Below, one piece after another: positions 58,510 to 64,000 of a stretch of 64,000 bases of DNA. This DNA comes from Blastocatellia bacterium (GTDB lineage: Bacteria > Acidobacteriota > Blastocatellia > Chloracidobacteriales > JADJPF01): NCBI GenBank assembly GCA_016713405.1, contig JADJPF010000011.1, forward strand, positions 114,989-178,988. Direction: 5' to 3'. Position 1 is the stretch's first letter; the number at the start of each line of letters is the position of its first letter. Made by a program: the position numbers and the translations under genes. The notes below the pieces were generated by a model. It was not told the origin of the DNA. It was given only the letters and a program-made list of their open reading frames with translations, and did not search any database.

Positions 58510-58755
58510 TAATTGTCTCCCTATCTTTTTGGCGTTCTTAAAATAAAGAATATTGTTTGATTAAGTAAAAAATATAGTCAATAAACGAAAAATTACTAGT
58601 TAATAACCTTAAGCTTTAGAATAATTAAGGTACTAACAGAGACATAATAACGGCATATTGCTACTTACGTCAAGTAAAGTAAATAGATAAATTAATATAA
58701 AATAGGATTTTATTTATTTAAGATAAGTAAAATAACTAGTTGTTAATAGCTTAAT

Positions 58756-60507
58756 CTAGTAATGTTTAATAATCATTATAGTAGTATCGTCAACTGGAAG
58801 ACATTGACCTATAAATTGGGTAATAGCCTCATCAACACGGTCACGAAGTTGTGAAGCAGTTCTAGCACGATAACGGCGAACTACTTCTATTAAACGCTGT
58901 TCACCAAATTCTTCATCTATTTCGTTAACACTGTCAGTAATTCCATCACTATAAATAACTAGTACATCTCCAGGCTGCATTACTAAGTAGTTTTCTTCAT
59001 AAGTAATAGAATCAACAATTCCTATAGGCAATCCTCCAGACTCTAATAATCTATAACTACCATCATTAGAAACTAATATGGGAGGATTATGACCAGCATT
59101 AGAATAAAACAGTTGATTAGTAATAGGATCTAGTTCAGCACAAAAAAGAGTTAAAAATTTATTTTCTGGTGAACTCTCAAAAATATAATTATTAATTTCT
59201 GTAACAATTTGGGCTGTTTTAAGAGGAGTTTGGGCCTGTGCATGTAGCGCAGCATGTAAGCTAGACATCATAAGTGCTGCACCCATACCTTTACCTGAAA
59301 CATCTCCTAAAGCTAAAAGAGTGCGTCCATTTTTACGTTTAATAAAATCATAATAATCACCACCTATTTCACGACAAGGGAAGCTAATGCCAATCATATC
59401 ATAGCCAGGCAAGCGAGGGGGTGAGAGTGGTTGCAGACGAAGTTGTATTTCACTAGCAACTTTTAATTCTTCTTCCATTCGCTTTTTTTCTATTCGTTCT
59501 TCAATTAGACAAGCATTTTCAATCTTAATTGCTGCTACTGAAGCCATAGTAGTTAAAACTAGTAAGTCATCTTGATTAAAGCGATTTGTAGCATAAGGAT
59601 TATCTACATAAATCATTCCAATTACTTCTTCACCTATCGCTAGTGGTACAGCCATAATTGAGCGCATTTGACTTATAACAACTGATTGCATCTCTTGGAA
59701 ACGCGGGTCATGTGCAGCATCAGAAGTTAGTACAGAAGTTCCTTCATTTATGACTTTTTCAGAGATTGAACGACTAATTTTAATCTCTTCTCCAGTTAAA
59801 TCTTTCATAGCATTACGTGCAACTTTACAAACTAACTCATTAGGTTTAGCCCGCATACGACGTTTAGAGTCTCTATTAGGAGTCCATTGGCTAGATAAAA
59901 ATAAAAAGCCTCGTTCTACAGGTAAAGCCTCAAAAACTAGCTCCATAATGCGTTTTAAGGTGTCATCTAAAGAAGCATCCAAAAGTAAAGTAACACCTAC
60001 TTTACTTACTACAGCTAACAAATGATCTTTTTTACGTTCTTTCTCTTTTGGTTGGGAAATAATGGTTTGCCCTAACACGTTACCTTTAGAAGAATTAGTA
60101 ACTTCTTCTAAAACAGAAAAAATACCAGAACTATGTTTGCTAGAAGCAATTGTTAGTTCTGCTTCTGCATGTAGATTTAGGTCTGATAACATTAATTCGT
60201 TTGAAGGTGTAGTGACAGGATCCGCTATTAGAGTGATTCTTGTTTCGCCAATTTGAATTACATCACCAATATTAAACGCAATAGTACCAACAACTTTACC
60301 ACCATTACAAAAAGTGCCATTAGCACTACCAAGGTCAGTTAAAAAATAACTACTGCCATCATATCTAACTTCTGCATGTAAGCGAGAAGCGAAAGGATCA
60401 TTGATACATACATCATTACGTGATGATCGACCAATAGAGGTTTTTGTTTTAACTACTTTTATTTCCCTGCCATCTCCATCAGGCAATTTTACTAGCAAAC
60501 TTGGCAT
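58756..60507 (-). CDS. FHA-GAF-PP2C (SpoIIE-type) phosphatase.
   Basis: N-terminal FHA (IGRSSRNDVCINDPFASRLHAEV...GSANGTF.NG). GAF-like middle region. C-terminal PPM/SpoIIE (GGDYYDF, LGDVSGKG, NAGHNPP, YSDGITD). Confidence 0.88.
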   Translation of the reverse strand: MPSLLVKLPDGDGREIKVVKTKTSIGRSSRNDVCINDPFASRLHAEVRYDGSSYFLTDLGSANGTFCNGGKVVGTIAFNIGDVIQIGETRITLIADPVTTPSNELMLSDLNLHAEAELTIASSKHSSGIFSVLEEVTNSSKGNVLGQTIISQPKEKERKKDHLLAVVSKVGVTLLLDASLDDTLKRIMELVFEALPVERGFLFLSSQWTPNRDSKRRMRAKPNELVCKVARNAMKDLTGEEIKISRSISEKVINEGTSVLTSDAAHDPRFQEMQSVVISQMRSIMAVPLAIGEEVIGMIYVDNPYATNRFNQDDLLVLTTMASVAAIKIENACLIEERIEKKRMEEELKVASEIQLRLQPLSPPRLPGYDMIGISFPCREIGGDYYDFIKRKNGRTLLALGDVSGKGMGAALMMSSLHAALHAQAQTPLKTAQIVTEINNYIFESSPENKFLTLFCAELDPITNQLFYSNAGHNPPILVSNDGSYRLLESGGLPIGIVDSITYEENYLVMQPGDVLVIYSDGITDSVNEIDEEFGEQRLIEVVRRYRARTASQLRDRVDEAITQFIGQCLPVDDTTIMIIKHY

Positions 60508-60535
60508 ATTTTCACCAATAGTATAGTTTTCTAAT

Positions 60536-61654
60536 TTATTTTAACTTTTTCTCTAACATTTTAACTTGATTAGCACAAACACCAGAATAAGTTCCTTGCC
60601 AAGCAGGTGGTGTGCAACGTTTATAGGCATTTAAGGCAGCCGCTAAATTACCTTGTCTATGATAAGCTTGTCCAATTAAGTAATAAACTCCTAAATTACC
60701 AGGATTTGCTTTTAACGCTTTATCAAACTCTCTTAAAGCTGCAAAAGTGTTACCAGCATTAAGCATTTCTGAACCTCGTTTAATATAATCATCTGCACTT
60801 AGTTTTGGTTCACTAGGTACAGGTACAGGTTTTGGAGTCTCTATTTTAGGTGGAGGCTCAACTTTTACTGGTTCAGGTGTTGGTGTTGCTATAATAATGG
60901 GTGTATTTATTGGTGAAGCAATCGGAGTTGGTGTTTTAACAGGTTTATTAAGTGCAAGACGGGAATCAGCTAATTTAGTTAATTCTTGTTTTGCAAGACT
61001 TGCTAAGGCCAAGTCTTCTCCTTTAGCTACCATATCAAAATATTTTCGTGCTTCATCTAAACGGTTATTACGCACTAGAACTTTTGCTAGTGCTAATTGA
61101 ATACTTGGATCACTTTTTATTATCAAAGCAGAAGTATAGGTAGTAATAGCCATGTCATCTTTTCCTATTTGTTCACAAGCTTGCCCCATTTTTTGATAAG
61201 AATCTAAATTTTCTCGATCTAAAGAAATTGTTTTTTGGTAGCTTTCAATAGCTTCTTCATAACGATTACTGCTTACTAGAGCATCAGCTTGAAGTTTATA
61301 TGCCTCTGCATTTGTAGTATCAGTTTGAATAAATTGGGTTAATTTTTCTAAAGCCTGCTCAGTATTTCCTGCTTGTAGTGCTGCTTTAGCTTCTTCTAAT
61401 AAATTAGCTGTATCCACTACTATTTCAGGACTTGGACTAGGCGTAGGTGTAGTTAAAACAGTGGTATCTTTAGCTAGATAGGTTTTAACTACTTTATAGT
61501 AAGCAACTAAACCTGTAGATGTAACAGCAATAAATAAAGTAAAAAACCATCCAAATAGTACACCATAGCGCAAAGGCTTATTAATTTGCTTAGGTTTAGA
61601 AGCTGCATTTGATGAACTATTAATAGCTTGATTAACAGGTGTATTATTTGCCAT
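60536..61654 (-). CDS. Membrane-anchored TPR protein with a Pro/Thr-rich linker.
   Basis: One TM helix, TPR units on both sides of PTPIASPINTPIIIATPTPEPVKVEPPPKIETPKPVPVP. Confidence 0.75.
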   Translation of the reverse strand: MANNTPVNQAINSSSNAASKPKQINKPLRYGVLFGWFFTLFIAVTSTGLVAYYKVVKTYLAKDTTVLTTPTPSPSPEIVVDTANLLEEAKAALQAGNTEQALEKLTQFIQTDTTNAEAYKLQADALVSSNRYEEAIESYQKTISLDRENLDSYQKMGQACEQIGKDDMAITTYTSALIIKSDPSIQLALAKVLVRNNRLDEARKYFDMVAKGEDLALASLAKQELTKLADSRLALNKPVKTPTPIASPINTPIIIATPTPEPVKVEPPPKIETPKPVPVPSEPKLSADDYIKRGSEMLNAGNTFAALREFDKALKANPGNLGVYYLIGQAYHRQGNLAAALNAYKRCTPPAWQGTYSGVCANQVKMLEKKLK

Positions 61655-61677
61655 AATATTACTATTAAGAAATTTAC

Positions 61678-62421
61678 TTACGGTATAAGGCTAATTTTAT
61701 TACTTTTAAGAGAAGCGTTTTTTATTACTAAAGTTTTAGCTAGTTTGTCATGCCAACCTTGCTGTTTTCTATCCCAAAGTAACCATAAAAACCCTAAAGC
61801 AAAAGCAATTGTAGCAATAAAATAACCAAAAGTGTGTCTAATAATTATTTGGCTTGCTTTTGCACGGCTCTGATCAACACTAATAATTCGGATACCAACA
61901 AGTTGTTTGCCAATAGTTTGACCTTTAATACTAGCTAAGATTAAAAAATTGTAGATCCAACCTCCTATTACTACTACTAAACCTATTTTATTAATAATTG
62001 CTTGATAACTAATAAACTTAGTAGCAATTAGTGTAATAAATAACATGAGCATCAGCATTAAAATTAGATCTAGCATAAATGCACCTAATCTTAATCGAAA
62101 CCCTGCTTGCTCAAAAGAGCCTACTAAAGCATTAGTAGGAGGGGCAATAAGATTAGCGGAAAAATTTTTGGCTATTTGAACTACAGATATAGATTTTTTT
62201 TTGGTTGTACTGGGTGCTACAACTTTTTGTGCTGATAAAGATTCTGCTTTTGATATCAAAAGTTCAGCAACTGGCAATTTAGTCTCAGGTTTTGGGTTGC
62301 TTAACTCTCCATTACTATTCTTTAGAATTTGGTTAATGGATGTAGGCGTACCACACATTCGACAAAACTTTGCCCGCTCAGTTAGAGAATTTTTACAGTT
62401 TTGGCACTGCTTTGCCCTCAT
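61678..62421 (-). CDS. Zinc-ribbon plus RDD-family membrane protein.
   Basis: CQNCK...CRMCG N-terminus. The C-terminal RLGAF.LD......GQT.GK...G.R.......WHD pattern is typical of the RDD domain. Confidence 0.75.
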   Translation of the reverse strand: MRAKQCQNCKNSLTERAKFCRMCGTPTSINQILKNSNGELSNPKPETKLPVAELLISKAESLSAQKVVAPSTTKKKSISVVQIAKNFSANLIAPPTNALVGSFEQAGFRLRLGAFMLDLILMLMLMLFITLIATKFISYQAIINKIGLVVVIGGWIYNFLILASIKGQTIGKQLVGIRIISVDQSRAKASQIIIRHTFGYFIATIAFALGFLWLLWDRKQQGWHDKLAKTLVIKNASLKSNKISLIP

Positions 62422-62480
62422 AAATTAAGTAACTTTTATATAAAAACTTGTTAAAGGTACTAACTATAGATTTAGGACTA

Positions 62481-63827
62481 TTACCCAATAACAAATTTTA
62501 ATACTGTTTCCCCTAATCGAATCTCATCACCATTTTGCAGTACTCTAGGCTGTTTTGGGTAAAGCTTAAATGTCCCGTTTACAATAGTTCCATTGACACT
62601 AGATAGATCTTCAACTAAAAATTGTCCGCCCTCTCTATAAACACGAGCATGACGACGAGATACTTTAGTCTCTGGATCATAAGTAGATAAATCAACTTCT
62701 GGGAAAATCCCAGTATGAGGATCCATTCTACCAATTAGGTTAGTATCTTTATCAAGAATAAAGGATGCCGACATATCAGAATTATTCATAAGCACTAGTT
62801 TAGCTGTTAGCTTGACTGGACTAGGTGTAGCAAGGGGTTGTCTAGCTCCACAGTGGGCGCAAAAAAGGTCATCACTAGCAATTTTTTGCCCACAATTACC
62901 ACAAAATACTTGTCCAGAAGTTTCTGCACTAAAACTAGGTGCAGGTTTCATAGCCTGACCGCTATCTAAAAGCCTTATATGTTCTTCTAAGGCTTTTTTC
63001 ATATCTAAAGCATTTGTAAAACGCTTTTCAGGTTTATGTTCAACAGTTCTGGCAATAATAGCATCCATGCCAGGTGTAATATTAGGATTAATTTGTCTAG
63101 GACGAGGATTTTTAGAAAAATCAAAAATCAGCAATGGATTATCTTGAGGGTCTGCACCTGTAAGTAAATGAAACATTGTCGCGCCTAGGGAATAAATATC
63201 TGAACGAGGCTCAACTTTACCAGAAAAAAGCTCTGGAGGGGCATAACCCATTGTTCCAATTGCAGTTACACCTTTTTGTGTTGGTGAAACAAAACGAGCA
63301 ATCCCAAAATCTACTAACATAATACGATTGGTTTTATCATCAATCATTAAGTTAGCGGGTTTTAAGTCACGGTAAATTATTGGAGGTTGTTGACAGTGAA
63401 TATAACTAAGTACATCACAGGCTTGAACTGCCCATTCTGCAACAGTACGTTCTTCTAAACGCCCTGTTGGAGACATCTTTAACCGGCTTGCTAAATCTCC
63501 TCCGCCTATAAATTTCATTACTAAATAGTAGCGGCCTTCAGAAACAAAATAATCATAAATAGTAGGAATAGAAGGATGCTCTAAACTAGCAAGTAATTGG
63601 GATTCCCTCTCAAAATCTTCAACAGCTTTGCGTCGGTGATTATCATCAGAAAACATTTCTATCATTTCTTTTACTGCACGCAAAGCATCTGCCAAGCGTT
63701 TGTCTCGTGCCATGTAGACATTTCCCATGCCACCGCCACCAACGCGCTTGACAATCAGATATCGCCCAACTAACATTACACCGGCTTCTAGTTGGGCATT
63801 AGGGTTTTTAGTCTTGTTCCTTGACAT
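62481..63827 (-). CDS. Ser/Thr protein kinase, zinc ribbon, FHA domain.
   Basis: GGGGMGNVYMA, AVK, YRDLKPAN, DFGIA, GTMGYAPPE. CGNCG...CAHCG. C-terminal FHA (IGR....SRRHARV...S.NGT.VNG). Confidence 0.9.
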   Translation of the reverse strand: MSRNKTKNPNAQLEAGVMLVGRYLIVKRVGGGGMGNVYMARDKRLADALRAVKEMIEMFSDDNHRRKAVEDFERESQLLASLEHPSIPTIYDYFVSEGRYYLVMKFIGGGDLASRLKMSPTGRLEERTVAEWAVQACDVLSYIHCQQPPIIYRDLKPANLMIDDKTNRIMLVDFGIARFVSPTQKGVTAIGTMGYAPPELFSGKVEPRSDIYSLGATMFHLLTGADPQDNPLLIFDFSKNPRPRQINPNITPGMDAIIARTVEHKPEKRFTNALDMKKALEEHIRLLDSGQAMKPAPSFSAETSGQVFCGNCGQKIASDDLFCAHCGARQPLATPSPVKLTAKLVLMNNSDMSASFILDKDTNLIGRMDPHTGIFPEVDLSTYDPETKVSRRHARVYREGGQFLVEDLSSVNGTIVNGTFKLYPKQPRVLQNGDEIRLGETVLKFVIG

Positions 63828-63925
63828 ACTCTCCTCGGCAAATCTAATTGTTGCCGTATCCTAAACAGGGCGTATTTAGTAATGGAAACTAAAAAGCTTT
63901 TTATAATTTGTGTGATAATTTGGCT

Positions 63926-64000
63926 TATTCTACCACAAATTTTAAGAAAGTCTTACCAACAATAATTTCATCACCATTATTAAGAGGGTGGCGATTACCT
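63926..64000 (-). CDS. C-terminal end of an FHA-domain protein (partial; continues beyond the window).
   Basis: The reverse strand reads ..GNRHPLNNGDEIIVGKTFLKFVVE*, a typical FHA C-terminal strand pattern. Confidence 0.5.

Overview
This is an AT-rich bacterial chromosomal segment, roughly mid-30s % GC by eye, with about 57 protein genes and one tRNA. I saw no rRNA, CRISPR array, transposase or integrase.

**Housekeeping genes**
- dnaB carries a Ssp-DnaB-type intein with a LAGLIDADG endonuclease domain. It runs off the 5' edge of the window and is absent from the ORF track.
- Also present: tRNA-Val(TAC), thiolase with hbd, an amidohydrolase, kynU and kynA, ROK glucokinase, fumC, an aminotransferase, coaD, cysC, and nrdA with nrdB.

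**Signalling genes**
- There are two HAMP/GAF histidine kinases, three Hanks-type Ser/Thr kinases, two PP2C phosphatases, FHA domains and many TPR and zinc-ribbon proteins.
- This content, together with a CarboxypepD_reg/TonB-type outer-membrane protein (OMP), is reminiscent of Acidobacteria-like lineages. That taxonomic guess is inference only.

**Most interesting observations**
1. At 21116-23823 there is a compact operon encoding a Roadblock/LC7 protein, an orphan PstB-like ABC ATPase, a CX5R dual-specificity phosphatase and a 355-aa helical protein of unknown function. Phased T-tracts and a miniature inverted-repeat element (MITE)-like repeat lie just upstream. This is my best candidate for an undescribed signalling module.
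2. cysC is followed by three paralogous AlkP-superfamily (COG3379-like) genes. CysC and two of these paralogs share an acidic C-terminal tail ending in 'RLxxLGY'.
3. A translationally coupled pair encodes a retropepsin-like protein with a D-T-A motif and a repeat-containing protein.
4. Two families of MITE-like hairpin repeats occur, with 3 and 2 copies, all intergenic.
5. Seven conserved genes are interrupted. Five lesions are single-base indels, three of them at A or G homopolymer runs. The other three are in-frame TGA codons in fumC, nrdA and an endonuclease/exonuclease/phosphatase (EEP) hydrolase gene; the EEP gene carries both an indel and a TGA. TGA is almost never used as a terminator in this window.

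Sequencing error is the parsimonious explanation for the indels. The TGA pattern deserves a check against the raw reads.
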